A program made the translations under genes and the position numbers. From NCBI RefSeq assembly GCF_009914755.1, contig NC_060926.1: a stretch of 64,000 nucleotides of DNA. One strand, given 5' to 3'. Source of the DNA: the human T2T-CHM13v2.0 reference genome, Homo sapiens. Positions 40,006-53,073 of the stretch are shown in pieces; the stretch's first letter is position 1, and each line of letters opens with the position of its first letter. The notes under the pieces are model-generated. The model worked only from the letters and a program-made list of their open reading frames with translations, was not told the origin of the DNA and made no database searches.

Positions 40006-41987
40006 TGTAGTGGATGCTGGATTGTGCCATTCAGAGCCAGCTCCCTTTGCTATTGAAGAACTTATTTCCCTACATGTCAGGACTTCTGCTGGCTGATGGC
40101 CCCCAGCTGTGAGCTCTTTCAGGCATCACCTTTGGCTGCAAAAGGCTCCCTCTCCTGAAGTTACTACCTGCATCCCTGGAGGCAGACTTCATCTCATGTC
40201 TTCATCCAAAGTTTGAACAAATTGGCTAAGAAGGTGCTAGACATGTAAAGGGACTATTTTTTTTCTTAATTCAAATGTAGGAGGAGTATGGATCTCCAGG
40301 AACCAGAAGAGCTGCATACATATGTGAGTGGATTCTGAAAGTGCTGAAGTGAGGGGGATGCAACATTAAGTTGGATGAGGGAGGATTTGTTAATATGAAT
40401 GCACTCGTCTGTGATACAGAATTTAACAACCTGGCAAGACCCCCAGGAGAGGGTTCTAACATGTTGTTAGGATGGCTCTGAAAAGCATGAAGAAACTGAT
40501 GGCTCAAATCATGTAAGGCAGAAATACCAGAATTGCTATGGCAGAGGGTGGATCAAAAGTCTCAGAAAAATGAGCATGTAAGAATACTATGTACTATTTA
40601 ATGTGGAAAGTCCACCATGTGGTTATATTTAGTGAGAGGACACAGAAGATGCTCTGTTTCTCAAAGCAATATGAGATACATCAAAAAAAAAATAAAAAGG
40701 GCACCAGCATCTCCCAGAACCTATTGGTGGCTGTCCCTAATAAAGAACTAGTTTCACTAACAGTAATAGTATCATAAGATCCCCCGAATAATAAAAGTAG
40801 GGTGGTAGTGCTTAACAATCAGAAGGAAAAGAGGTGAAACTATGGTAATGAGGTAAGGTCAGAGTGGTAAATGAATGCTGTGTCCCAAATAGGTAGAATA
40901 CATGAGTCTGGGAAACAAGAGGTAAAAGAAGAAATGGCCCATTTCATCATCATTCCCAGAAAACTACTTGTTGGAATTGGAATTAGGGCTTTCTGCTCCC
41001 ACAACTCTGGGCTCTGTGGATTTAGAAAATTAGGTCTTGATTTCCAAAGGAGATGTGCTTGTACCAGTGGACTTGACAAGAGTTCCATTGAACATTGAGT
41101 TTCAGCTGCTACCAGGCATTGTGGGCTCTTTGTACAAAGGGAGTAGGCAAGGAAAGGAGTTGCCATCAAGTCAGGGGCAAGTGACCTTGATAATCAGGAG
41201 AAGGTAAGGCTACTGTTTTATAATGAGGATAGGGAAAATACTTTTTCCACCCCTTTGCCTAACTTTAATGGTAAATGGACAAAGATGGCAGCCATGGCCT
41301 GAGAAAGGCATGATGTCCAGAGGCTCAGACTCCTCAGAGAGGAGGGCCTGGATCATGCCACTTAGGTAGCAGAAGTGCTGATGGAGGGTAAGGCAATTGA
41401 GAATGGGTAATAGGGATGGAGATGATTAGTATCAGTTGAGGCCTTGAGACCAGCTGTAGCAGCAGAAGCTGTAATTTGACCGACTATTGTTTCTATTATA
41501 AGTTTACCCAGGAAAAGAAGGCCCCCATGAATCCTGGAGGAGCTGATATTGGAACTTTTATAAAAGGACTCTAGGTGGCACAAGAGTAGATTATAGTAGA
41601 CCTAAGATTGTGCTGCCCTGATCTTCCCCTTAAGGCAAGCTTATGGCTTACACCTTACAGCTCACAGCTATCTGCCCTTTCCAGGAATTGCCCTTGGCTG
41701 TGAAGAGCCCCCTTCCCACAATCAGTCTTCCTCAAAGGCCAGTCATTGCAGAGACATAAAGCCCAACTGCAGACAATTCTGGAAGAGCATTCCAGCTCCA
41801 GATTTCCCTGTGGGGTCAGCTGAGACTGTTGTGATTGCACTGAAGATCAACAGTGCAAGATGTTCCTCTCCCCAGAGCTGTTTGCCTTTCTTTCCCTCTA
41901 GATATTAATCCTGAGAGCACTGCCCAAGACACTTCCTGTAGGCTACTCTGTATCTCAGAGCCCACTCTCTGTCGACCCTGACTTACA
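40006..41987 (+). mobile_element. Internally deleted LTR16/ERV3-16A3-type ERVL provirus (5' LTR part ~40006-40200, internal ~40270-41590, 3' LTR ~41592-41987)
   Basis: tgtagtggatgctg LTR start; gag-like gagtggattctgaaagtgctg...gaatttaacaacctggcaagacc; dUTPase-like 41085-41240; PPT-like aggtggcacaagagtagat before the second LTR (ccaggaattgcccttggctg...ccctgacttaca). Confidence 0.7.
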
Positions 41988-42401
41988 GGAGTACTTTTAA
42001 AATATTGAGCTTGATACAAGAATTATTATCATCATAAGAAGGATTATTTATATATTAGGTGCTCAATAAATATATGTTGAAGCAGTGATGAATGTCATTG
42101 CAGGACATTTTAATATGCTCATTGCTATAATCTCCTTAATGGAGTATTCATTTAACATGTCAAGCTCTGATATTAAACAGAATCGTATAAATCCTGTCAG
42201 AAAGAAAAAAAGCCTTCCTTTGAAAAGCTCAGCATGAGGTATTGTATCTTTTAATGGATCTCCTTTGGACTGTTCTATATTCACTTGCCCAGCAATCCTT
42301 GACTATGGGCCTATCCTGCACCTTTTTCTGGAGTAACCAGGGGAAAAGTTATGTAAATTGTGTACGTTTTAAAAGTTTGATCAAACCAACTCTGACTAGA
42401 T

Positions 42402-42625
42402 TAGAGGTCAGCAAACTTTTTATTTAAAGATGCAGACAGTAAATATTTTGTGCTTCAGGGGCCACATGGTCTCTGTTGTAATTATTCAACTCTGCCATGA
42501 TAGGGTGAAAGTTACCGTACATAATATGTAAATAAAAGAGAGTTACTGTATTCTAATAAAATGTAACTTACAATAATAGGTGTTAGGTTACATTTGGCCT
42601 GCAGGTGATATTTTGCCATTCACTA
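42402..42625 (+). mobile_element. MER58A hAT-Charlie MITE
   Basis: agaggtcagcaaactttt...cagacagtaaatattttg...ggccacatggtctctgtt...attcaactctgcc...atttggcctgcagg. Confidence 0.85.
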
Positions 42626-43199
42626 ACCTATATAATATACAGAACATAAGAAATGAGATGGCTACTTGTCCTCCTTGGCCTGGAATTAGCTACCCTCTGT
42701 GTCATGTCCCTGGTATCACAAATTGGCTAGTCTTCTCAATCAACAAATATGTATTCAACCTACAGTTCCTAGGTATATAAAGGTAAACAAACATGATCCA
42801 TGGCTGTTAGGGGCTAATACAGAAGCAGAGGTGAGTCATGGTGGTACAGTTCCTTAAATATTCCAAAGGATCCATGAAGAACAGAGTTCAATGAAGACCC
42901 AGAAGAAGGGGTGACAGATTCTTCTTGCAGATTCTTTGAAAGTCATGAAATAGCATGGTGTGTCCATGGGCCCTGCACACTTGCAGGTTTGGTGACAAGG
43001 TGGGGGGTCTGTGATAAGAGACCCAGCTGGAGGGGTAACAAAAGATCAGAGCCATGGGCTTTATCCTCGATGCAATGGGAACAATTGAAGGGTTTTAATC
43101 AGAGAACTAGCATGGTGAGATTTGTGTTTTATAAAGGTTCCTCTGAAAGCAGATTGCTGGATGATTGGACGGGATCGGCAAAGTGACCATAGTAAAACC

Positions 43200-43400
43200 A
43201 TAGCACTTATCATTTTCTGATGTTACAGGCAACCGACTTTTAAATTAAGTTTATTGTTTATTTCTATTTGTCCTTGCTGGAGGGCAAACACCAGGAAGGC
43301 ATAGACTCATTTTGAGTTCCCCACTGCTGTTTTTCAAGGGCCTGTAACAGTACTGGGCAATAGTAGGCACTTAATATGTACTTGTTGAGTGAATATAATT
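43200..43400 (+). mobile_element. L2 3' end
   Basis: ccatagcacttatca...aacagtactgggcaatagtaggcacttaatatgtacttgttgagtgaat. Confidence 0.7.
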
Positions 43401-43417
43401 AGTAAATTAAAGGTTTC

Positions 43418-43561
43418 TTTTTTTTTTTCCTCTAATATATATTTTTAGAGACAGGGTCTCACTATGTTGCCCAGGCTGGCCTCGAACTCCTGGGCTCAAG
43501 CAATTCTCCACTTTAGCCTCTCAAGTAGTTGAGACTACAGGAGTATGCTTCTGTGCCCAGC
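43418..43561 (-). mobile_element. FLAM (free left Alu monomer)
   Basis: T-tract then tagagacagggtctcactatgttgcccaggctggcctcgaactcctgggctcaagcaattctcc...gtgcccagc; monomer only. Confidence 0.85.
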
Positions 43562-44447
43562 AGTTTCTCTTCTTGTGGTAAGAAAGATGGTAATGTAATT
43601 CCAGTTTCAGTTTTATCAAAAGGCTGGAAGCAGAAAATATCTTCAGAAAATCAATTCACAAATATTTGGACTACAAGAAAGGCTATGGAAGATCCAAAAT
43701 GACATAGATTAGCACAAGCAAAGATTCAAACTGAGAAACATTACCAGTTTCACAAAGGGCAGCTCCCAAGAGCAATCCGTAAAGAAAGAACTCTAGGCTA
43801 GGAATATGGAAATCTGGTTTTTATTTCAACCCTGCCACTTATTTACTATGTGAACGTGGCCATGCATCTTCTTACTCTAGCTCCCTATGGAATGAGACTG
43901 CTTCTTACTTATCTCAGCCTAGCTCAGAGGGTCTAGCCCATAGTAGATGCTCAGCACACTTGTGTTAAGTGCCAGCTACAGTAGGAGTTAGGAGTGGACT
44001 CCTCATGGCTCATAAAGTTGAAAAGGCAAGGCTCAGAGGATGGAAGGTAAACCCAATAGGAGTAAACCATCTCCTTTCACCTTCAGGCTATCCCATAAGC
44101 ATGATTTCTTGTGTTTATTACCACTCCTCAAACACTTATCATGTTGGGCACTGTAGATATAAAGGTGATTTAGACAAGGACTCTGCCCGAAGGAACTCAT
44201 GGTATCCAGGGGAAAGGGAAGCGCAGCCAATTACAACACAATATGACAAATGTATGCTGTTGTGGAAGCCTTGACATGATGCTATGGGAGCACCAACTCT
44301 GTATGTTTCTCAACCTGCATTGAATTTTTAGACTAGGTCTGGCAAGTTGGTGGGTTTAGTGCATCAGAAATCACTCCTTTGGAAGAATAAGGCATCTGGT
44401 GGGAGAGCTCATTCTGAGGGAAGGATGATGAAGGAAGAATATGGTGA

Positions 44448-44495
44448 AGTTGGTCCTACTAAGAAAACCTTAGTTGGTCCTACTAAGAAAACCTT
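44448..44495. repeat. Perfect 24-bp tandem duplication
   Basis: agttggtcctactaagaaaacctt x2. Confidence 0.95.
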
Positions 44496-44647
44496 AGCCA
44501 TGGAAGGATAATTCTGAGTACGGTCTGGTATCTGCCACTAAAGGGTGAATGGAAGAGATGGAAGGGGGAAGTACAAACTGGACTAGATACTCCACTTAAA
44601 CATGTATGAATTGCTGGGGGCAGGCACATGGCTGAGGCACTCTCCAC

Positions 44648-44843
44648 TAGTGTAGTGCTGGAGCTGGCTCCTATCTGCTCTCCAGAGCTGACTGTATGCA
44701 TCGCTCTCCAGTGACACCACCATGGTAGCTTGAAATCAGCCATGGTGCGAATATTTACACCATGGAATTTGGCAAGTCCTATAAATCAGGACTGTTTTGT
44801 CCTATGGAGAGCTGCTGATTTAACATTTGCCAGCATACTACTG
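44648..44843 (+). mobile_element. MER63A-like hAT MITE
   Basis: TIRs tagtgtagtgctgg...ccagcatactactg; internal ggtagcttgaaatcagccatggtg...atatttacaccatggaa. Confidence 0.8.
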
Positions 44844-44914
44844 TTGGAATATAATCAACAGGCTGAAAGAGAAAAGATCTTATCTCCCAAGCCATTCTAG
44901 ACCACAGTACAATT

Positions 44915-45340
44915 GGGCATGGTGAAGTTCCAATGCAAGTGTTCTGAAAATGTGCATTGCAGAACACTCGTCTTGCATAGTTTATGTGCTTCTTGGAGTT
45001 TATACTACATACTAGCATATTAAAAGCTCTGTGGAAGTTGCATAAAGAAATCTGCTTAATTTTGTTTAATTTAGATCAGTGCTTCTCAGACTTCAGTGTG
45101 TATATGATTCACTTGGGGATTTTGTTAACATTCAAGTCTGGGGTGAGACTTGAGTTTCTGCGTTTTTAAGAAGCTACCAAGTGATGCTGATACTGCTGGT
45201 TCAAGGACCATACTTTGAGAAGCAACAATGTAGTGTTCCTTATTTAATCATGGAATCTAGCATGTTCTTGTTAATCTATGAAACACATGTTGGCATTCTG
45301 CAGAACTCTTATCCTTGGAGTACACTTTGGAAACATTTAT
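44915..45340. mobile_element. hAT-Charlie-type relic with nested MER5A (45077-45230)
   Basis: ctagcatattaaaagctctg...gaaatctgcttaattttgtttaa | cagtgcttctcagacttcagtgtg...gaccatactttgagaagcaa | ...ggagtacactttggaaacatt. Confidence 0.55.
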
Positions 45341-46618
45341 AAAATAAGCACATGGTGGTATATGGGGTTGTGGGAGGTATAGACAGGGCCTGATGGAGAT
45401 TACAGTGTCCTCAGAGCAGGGTGGAAGCTCTGGGGGCCACAGGAGTAATAATTGGCCCTGGGGAGACCCCAGTTTTCAGAGAGAAAGCAATGGAGCTTGG
45501 TAGCTTGGTAGAAAACACTGCCAAGACAGACATAGAGATGGAGTTCCCCTTGGGAACAGACCTATCCAAGGGCATATGTGAGCCATAGTGAGACACGGCA
45601 TGGGAAGCTTCCAGAAAGTCTTGGTGGGAATGCTTGACACGGAGCTGAGCTTCTGCATCATGTAGATGGTGGTATGAGCAAACAAAATATTACACATTAC
45701 TGTGAATATTACCTAGTTTCTGCCCATAGCGTGGTGAAGGCAGGCCAAAATGAATACATTCTCTCAAAAAGAATTGCCAACAGTTTATAAGAGGTGACAA
45801 GTTATCTTGGAAGATGAGTAGAACTCCATTAATCAAAGGTGGATATGAACCTGGGAAGGAGAAGGCCAGGAAGGGGTGGTGTATGTGGTACAGGGAATGT
45901 ATTTTCATTTCAAGTATCAGAGAAGGCAAAGTATGCAGGGGACAGGCCAGATGGGGCAGAGCTGGGTCTCATGTACAAGCTCTTTCTTCTACCTAGTGCC
46001 TGACTCCTGTGGAAGCAGAGGCAGGTGCTGTCTGGAGCACAGCGGGGAGCTTCGCATTCGCAGAGGGCCAGGCACCTGCATGAGAGGAACGCTAAGGGGA
46101 TGGGGTTGTAGGGAAGGCTATAGGAGGAAAAATTGATTCCTAAGAAAATAAACTTTTCGAAAGAAATCACCTGAAGAGTCAGGGGACTGAAATATATTTA
46201 ATGATTTGACATCTTAGTTTGGCCTTATTGCTACAGACAAAATTGCCTTTCCAAGGGAGACTCACCAGTATAATAAAACTAGAGGCAGTAGAAAGGCTTT
46301 CATTGGTTTCACATGGAACATGCTATACTTTAGGCCCAACAATTCAGCGACAGCACCATCAGCCCAGATGGGGGTTGTGAGCAAAGTCCGAGATGGTCAG
46401 AAGGAAACGAGAACCTGGGAGGTGGCGAGTGTCCACTGCTCTAGTCTCAGGACAGCCTGCTCTGTTAAAGCACCTGGTCCTTCTTCCTGAAGACTTCAGT
46501 CCCACCTTGCATTATGTTTTGTTCTGTGTATGTGCGTGTCTATCTCTCCTGCTAACTGCTGAGCTTGCTAAGGAAAGGAACCTTGTTTTATGAAATAAAT
46601 GATATTTATGAGCTCCTG

Positions 46619-47002
46619 TGCTATGGTCTGAACATTTGTGTCTCTCCAAAATTTGTATGTTGAAACCTAATCCCTCATGAGATGGTATTAGGAGATAAGG
46701 CCTTTGGGAGGAGATTAGGTGATGAAGGCAGAGCCCTCATTAATGAGATTAGTGCCCTTATAAAACAGACCCCAGGGAGTTGCCTCCTCCCTTTGGCCAT
46801 GTGAGGACATATTGAGAAGAAGGCTAACTATGAACTAGGAAATGGACCCTCACCAGAAGTGTCTGATCTTGAACTTCCCAGCCTCCAGAACGTTGAGCAA
46901 TAAATGTTTGTTGTTTATTAGCCACCTAGTTCATGGTATTCTGTTATAGCAGCCTGAATGGACTAAAACATTCTGTTATAGCAGCCTGAATGGACTAAAA
47001 CA
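46619..47002 (+). mobile_element. MLT1A0-type MaLR solo LTR with duplicated terminal 32 bp
   Basis: tgctatggtctgaa...gagattagtgcccttataaaa...tcttgaacttcccagcctccagaac...ttctgttatagcagcctgaatggactaaaaca (x2). Confidence 0.9.
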
Positions 47003-47859
47003 ATCTGAGATTTCAAAAATGTTATCTCCTTCACTTCTCACAGCAGCTTGTCAAGGTAAGTATGATGTTCCCAAATTTACAGGAAAGGAAACCAAGTTTC
47101 AGAAAAAATAAGAGGCTTGTGAAAGTCCTATAGGAAGGAGCTCTAGCTCCCAGTTCAGTGCTTGTCTGCAATACGATAGCTTTCCCTTGTTCAGCTCTGT
47201 ATTCCCCACAGAGCTTCATGCAGACACACAGTAGGCTTGTAAGACATGACCCAGTGAGCAATATTATATCTGTTCATCCTTCATCCAGAAATTGTTTCAG
47301 AATTTATACCTAATGACTAGAGGGATATTGAGGAAAAAGATATTGCAAACTCAGAATCTTCACAATGAATTTTACAATTTGGATTTTTACCAATTATATG
47401 TAGCTTTTACAATTACAGGTCATTCTTTCAACAACTATTTCACCAGGGTTTCACTGATAGACATGGTCTCTGCCCACAATCTAATAGCATCGAGGATCAC
47501 ATAACAAGCCTTGGGCATTGAGCTTAACATCTGTTTCCATTTCAAAGTCTCACCCACAATTTATCATCTGCCTCTCTGTCCATGTGAAATAAAGTCTATA
47601 CTTGTATCCTCTAAATCAAAATAAGCCTTAAAGCACAGGTACCACTTGAGTTTCTTCATTTATCTGTGGTCAGTTTTATTTGACCTCTTTATCTTGATGA
47701 GCTTAAGGCTGTAGATTTTGGGGCAAAGGGATCGTGCCTTTGGTGAAAGCCCAGAGCAATGTGCTTTTAATAATGAGCAGCTAAGAGAGTGGGTGGAAAC
47801 AGATTAGACTCCGAGATTAAAGGGGTGAGTACTGCCAGAGTAAGCACGGGATCAACACA

Positions 47860-50100
47860 GGTGGCTGATCGCTCTGGCAGTGTGGAGGAGGGATAACTGC
47901 CTTAATCCAGGCAGAACCAGGACATCTTCACAGAAAAGACATTATCTACATTAAGACCTAAAGATCAAGTAGGAATGGATAGGCAGAAGTAGGAATGTAT
48001 GCAAAAATCCAGAGAGAACAGACATCATGGTGAGGAGGCAAGTGGTTCAGGACGATTGGACCTGAGAGTCTGATGGGAGGAAGTGGCAGGAAAACACCAT
48101 GCTGAGCTGATGGATTTAATAGAGTGAGCAATGGAGAGTCAATGTTGGGTTAGACAGGGAAGTGGCCTGATCAGACTTTTATTTTAGAAATATTACTCTG
48201 GCTGTGATGTGGAAATTGGTTTGTAGTTAGAGCAATTACGAGGGGGCAGGGTGACTAGAGAGGAAGCTGCTGCAGTTGTCCAGGTGAAAGATTATTGTGC
48301 TAAACTGAGCAGAGGCAGTGGAGATGGCAGAGAATGGGCAGATTTGATAGCTATTTGGAAGGTGTTAGCAGTAGAATTTGGTGAATAATTGGTTGTAGGG
48401 ATAGAGACATGGTCAAAGATGACTCAATGCTGGCTGGCTTGAATCACAAAGAACCCAAGGTGACGTCATTCCCTGAGAGGGGGAAGGTAGGGGGAAGAGG
48501 AGAGTTTTCGTTTTATCTTATACTGCTTGGGAATGGAGAATGAAGAGGGAAAGTTCATTTTTATAGGAACTGAGGTGTCTGTGGGAGAGCCAACATGCAG
48601 AAGGTAGCTGGATATACAGGTCTCAGGATCAAAGGGAGAAGAGAGAGCTCCAAAAATAGGTCCAAGAACAGACCATAAACATTTCTAGGACAGACTTAGC
48701 TCAATGAGCCCTTGAAGGAAGCTGAGAAAGAGAGGTCAGAAGGAGAGGAGGGAGTCCAGGGGGCCATGGCAGCCGTAGGGCCAAGAGGAGAGGGCAATTC
48801 AGGAAGGACGGGTCTGCAGGCAGTGTCAAGTGTTTCACCAACCCATGCACTTCTTCCCTGTCTTGGGGCTTTTTCACTTCATTGGCGTTGCTCAATTCTG
48901 TGGCTGAGGGAGGTTACAGGGAGCAGGCACTGAGAATGATCTCAACCTCCCTGGGACAACTGTCATACCTGGTGATACAGGCGTGACATTTTTTGAAGTA
49001 CCTATGATCAACATTTTACCGCAAACTCAAGATGCCTGGGCCAGGGAAAGACCAGGGGTGAAGGGACAACTGGAAATGTGTCATCTATTGTATTTATTCC
49101 TTGACTGATTAAAACATGTTGATAGAGCACCTATTGTATTTCAGGATCCGCTAGGCTGTAGGCTGCAGTGATAAATGAAGTATAGTCCTTGTTATTATGG
49201 GGGAAGAAACAGGTTTGTGTTCCAAGTTTACAGAGGTTGATAGCAATTATTTAAATAATTATATTAATTCTATCTGTTGGAAAGAATACAGAGGAGAAGT
49301 ATCAGGTACCATGTAACCATGGAACAGAGGGTTGAAAGTGATTTAGAAGATCAGGGAAGATCTCCATGAAGAAGGAAAATTGAATAAGTGCAAATTGAAA
49401 GATGAGTAGGTCATGGAGTGCATGCTAACTTGTCAAAGAAGGGGGAACAGGGTTTAGACGGAAGGAACAGCCTGACTGAAATATCTTACACAGGAGGAAG
49501 CCTGGCATACAGGAAATGAAAGCAGCTTCATGTGTTTGGAGCAGAGAATGCTGAGACAGAAAGATGTAAGGGGAGCTGAGGAGGACGGCAGGAGCTAGAC
49601 TTGGCAGGACGTGGCCGGGTTTATTGGGCAGGTTAATAATTTGGGGAGGATTTAAGCTGGGGAGTGCTGTGATCAGAGTTGCATGAGAAAATTCACTGTG
49701 GCTGCAGGATGAAAAATGGACTGAGGTGAGCTCGCATGGATACAGGGAATCCATGTGTGAGTGGCTTTGAACACCTAAGTTGTGCAGCTTTTATTGAGTA
49801 TCTACTGATTATAGCAACTGTTGGATGAGTTGAAGAGTATGCAGGACATATGGGTTGGACAGTAAATGTGGGAGAGGTATATGTTATTTAAGAGCCTGAA
49901 ATCTTTTTTGGAGCTAAAGTCATGAACCACCTAGCGAGGAAAAAGCACAGGCTGAAAATAAAATTGAGAGCTGAGTGTGATGAGTCAGAGGGTTCCAGTC
50001 AGGAGGGACCAGTGTGGCCTGGAGGAGTGAAAGAAAGAATTCTAAGTGGCAAATAGAGAGGTTGGCCTCTTGCATGAATTCCCAAGGTGGAGAGCATGAG
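47860..50100 (-). mobile_element. L2 fragments (~47860-48700 and ~49085-50100)
   Basis: gatcagacttttattttagaaatattactctggctg...aggaagctgctgcagttgtccaggtga; tattcc...gagcacctattgtatttcagg. Confidence 0.65.
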
Positions 50101-52044
50101 TGATGGGGCTTCCAGAGGGGTCCATGGTGAAGAGCAGGAAGAGCACATTCTTTCTTGGAACAGGACATTGCAGGTCTCTTTTCCCAACCACTGGAGGTGA
50201 CTCCCCTGTCCACACAAAATTCTGGAATCGTCAGGCTTGCTTGATTATGTATTAATTTATGCATTTATTTATTTATTTGAAAATGGACATCTCTGAGGAA
50301 GTTTTCTTCTCCTTCCTATCATTTCCCAGCAGAACAATCAGCTTTGCAAAGCTTCAGATTTTATGGCTGATCATGTTTCTTTCCTCCCTGGAAAAGAACT
50401 GGAAAAAACATTTGCATGTTTTTATGAGTCTTATTACATAGCTTTATGACTTGTACATGTAATAATAGCAAGCCAGACGTTCATGGTATGCGTCTCCAGA
50501 GAAGTCATCATTTGAACATAAAAATGTAAATCCATTTGGAAAAACACAGACCAGTTATTGAAAGTGAAGCCTGCAGACCATGTGCCCCTGGTGATTGATT
50601 AGCAAAAGCCCAGGGACACACATCCTTAGCTCGGACAGACTCTGCAGACCATCTGGAAACAGATGATGCTTAATAATGCAGAATAATAAAATCAGCTAAG
50701 TTCCCATTTACAAATGAAATAAATTGAAGAATGAGTGATTACACTGATCTAAAGTGCATGAAAATATTTTCTGCAAATTGGGGGCAGGACTGGGGCTGGA
50801 GGCTGAGGAGTGGGGAAAGATGGTCAAAGATTCCTGTGCCCATTTTGTGAATCCTAGATGAAGCCAGACATTTGAAAATATGAAACCACAGATTCTAGGT
50901 TGTTGGTTCTCTCTGCAAAATTGACCTGTCGAAACCCTCCATGAATGACTGTACTTTCTCTGACAAACAGATATCAATATCTAAAAATGCTTCCTGCAAT
51001 TTCTTTCCACAAAGCAATAAGACTGTTTCACACCAATAAGAGCTCACTAAGTGGTATTCTCAGCTCTGTCACCCCCGCAGCTATAACCAATGAAATGAAA
51101 AGGTAAGAAAGATAAAGCAAAAATCAGGGGTCACCTGCTATAACCCAGTGGGGTTCTTTATTCTGATAGGGCAAGCCAGGGCAGCTTTACTCTTTTCTCA
51201 TTTCATTAGCTTTTCCTCTTAAAATCTTACAGGTCTTTCACAAGCAATTAAGACCATTATTTGTTTGACTATTAAACAGGGAACCCAGAACCTGGAAGTT
51301 TATGTCATATACAATTAAGAGGTGGTTTAGCTGGAAGAACCTGGCTGGGGAGCAGAGGAGGCCAGAGCCTGAGTGTCCCATATTGTAACTGCCCCAGTTC
51401 TGGTGCTGGATGCATGTTAAGGGTTTGCTGCTCCTCCAGCAGTGCTGTGCTCATTCTGCAGCAAAACCTGGCAGAGATTTCTGTGCTGGGTTAGAAGCAG
51501 CAGCAACTTTCCTGGATTTGTCATATTGGAAGCAGAAGAATTTTATCAGCCATCCAAGAAATGTGTTCCTGCTACCCCAGCACATTCTCCTAGTTCTAAA
51601 GTTACGTCTAACACCATTTCTCTTTCTTTTGTGTCAATCAAATATCTAACAAACCTATATTGGTGTGGCCAGCCTTATGCCATATGGTTTGGCCGATGCG
51701 TTGCCTTGCATGTGTGCATATGTGCGTGTGGGAGTGGTGATGGGTGCGGGGGGGTTGGGTCAAAGGGGACGGGGAGAGGAATAGGGTTGAAGTAGCAAGG
51801 GTGGTCCTTAGTGCATGCTGAACTGGGGAAAGAACCCTGGCCAGTAAATCGCAGAGGAAGTAACTCACATAAAATTCCAAATAAGGCAAGTGCAATGCAC
51901 GTTGAGGCTCTGTAGGAAGAGAGAGGTCCCTGTGTCTTGGGAGGGGCTGTGGTGGTGTGGTAATGTCTAGGCTGGACCTTGAAGATGAGGGTGGAGGAAG
52001 GAGGGGAATGAAGGAACCCTGATGGTAGGGGAAATGTTGGCCTC

Positions 52045-52390
52045 TATAGAGGATGCTGTAGTGCACCATCCATATACGCGCTATAGGACTGGGGATCTTT
52101 ATGGCTAGCAGCTTATAGCTGAGTCTTACACCCAACTCCACAATTATCCTCAGCTGAGGAGAGCTGCCTGTTTTAACATCACATCCCCTTTCCAGGGGGT
52201 ATCCCACATCCAATGGCTGGTTGATACAGAAGTTAAAAGGCCTGATACCCCTGTCCCAATTTGGGAGAGTTTGGCGGGACCATCCCAGCTCCTGAGCACC
52301 CAGTGGGACTGTCTGAGGCCTTTGTAATTGCATCACAGTCTTCTGGTGGATTCTTTGATCACTCTCTTCCCAGTGTTGATCCTGACAGCA
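52045..52390 (+). mobile_element. LTR16C-like ERVL solo LTR
   Basis: aggatgctgtagtgcaccatcc...cagctgaggagagctgcct...ccatcccagctcctgagcaccc...tgaggccttt...gtgttgatcctga. Confidence 0.65.
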
Positions 52391-52632
52391 TCATGTCCGG
52401 GTATGAGGCCAGGCTGTACATTCTTTCAGCAAAGGGTCTGCCACTGCTGGCTCCTGGAGGTAGGAGATAGTTCCTTCCAGGTAAGGGCCTACTGCACTCA
52501 GAAGAGCCCCCAAATAATGGCATCTTAGCAGCTGCTTGGGACCTGGCCAGGCAGAGAGAAACACTTTGAGTGGAGAAAGAGAGAAATGTGGAAAGGAGTT
52601 AAGGCCTCAGGAGAAAAGGTGAGAGAGACTGG

Positions 52633-53073
52633 CAGTTCTGAAGGTCAGAAATACTAAACGGATCTCACTGGGCTAAAATCAAGATGTTGGCAGAGTTGAG
52701 TTTCTTCTAGAGGCTCTAGGGAAAAATCCACTTCCTTGTCTTTTCCAGCTTCTAGAGGCCACTTGCATTCCTTGGCTTGTGACCCCCTTGTCTGTCTTCA
52801 AAGAGACCTTCCTCCCTCAAGATCCAGCTGGGATGCTTCCATCTCTCTGGTTCAGATCTTCTCTTCCATTTCTCTCTTCCACTTACAAGGACCTCGGTGA
52901 TTACATTATGTCCACCTGAATAATCCAAGATAATTTTATTTTAAGGTCATTGATTAGCAACCTCAATTCCATCTGCAACCTTAATTCCACTTTGCCATAT
53001 AATCTAATCTATTCACAGGTTCTGGAGGTTAGAACATGGACATCTTTGCAGGGAGCATTGTTCTGCTGACTCC
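52633..53073 (-). mobile_element. MLT1D-like MaLR LTR (partial)
   Basis: ctcactgggctaaaatcaagatgttggcag...ctagaggctctagggaaaaatcc...ttccagcttctagaggcc...attcacaggttctggaggttagaacatggacatctttg. Confidence 0.85.

Noticed and set aside
47050-47063. Strong splice-donor matches (aagGTAAGT; similar near 18512, 36665, 42830, 52480)
   Set aside because: Isolated, several inside repeats, with no paired acceptor or coding frame to support exons
51638-52336. 232-aa minus-strand ORF
   Set aside because: Starts antisense within an LTR16-like relic; no recognisable domain or splice context
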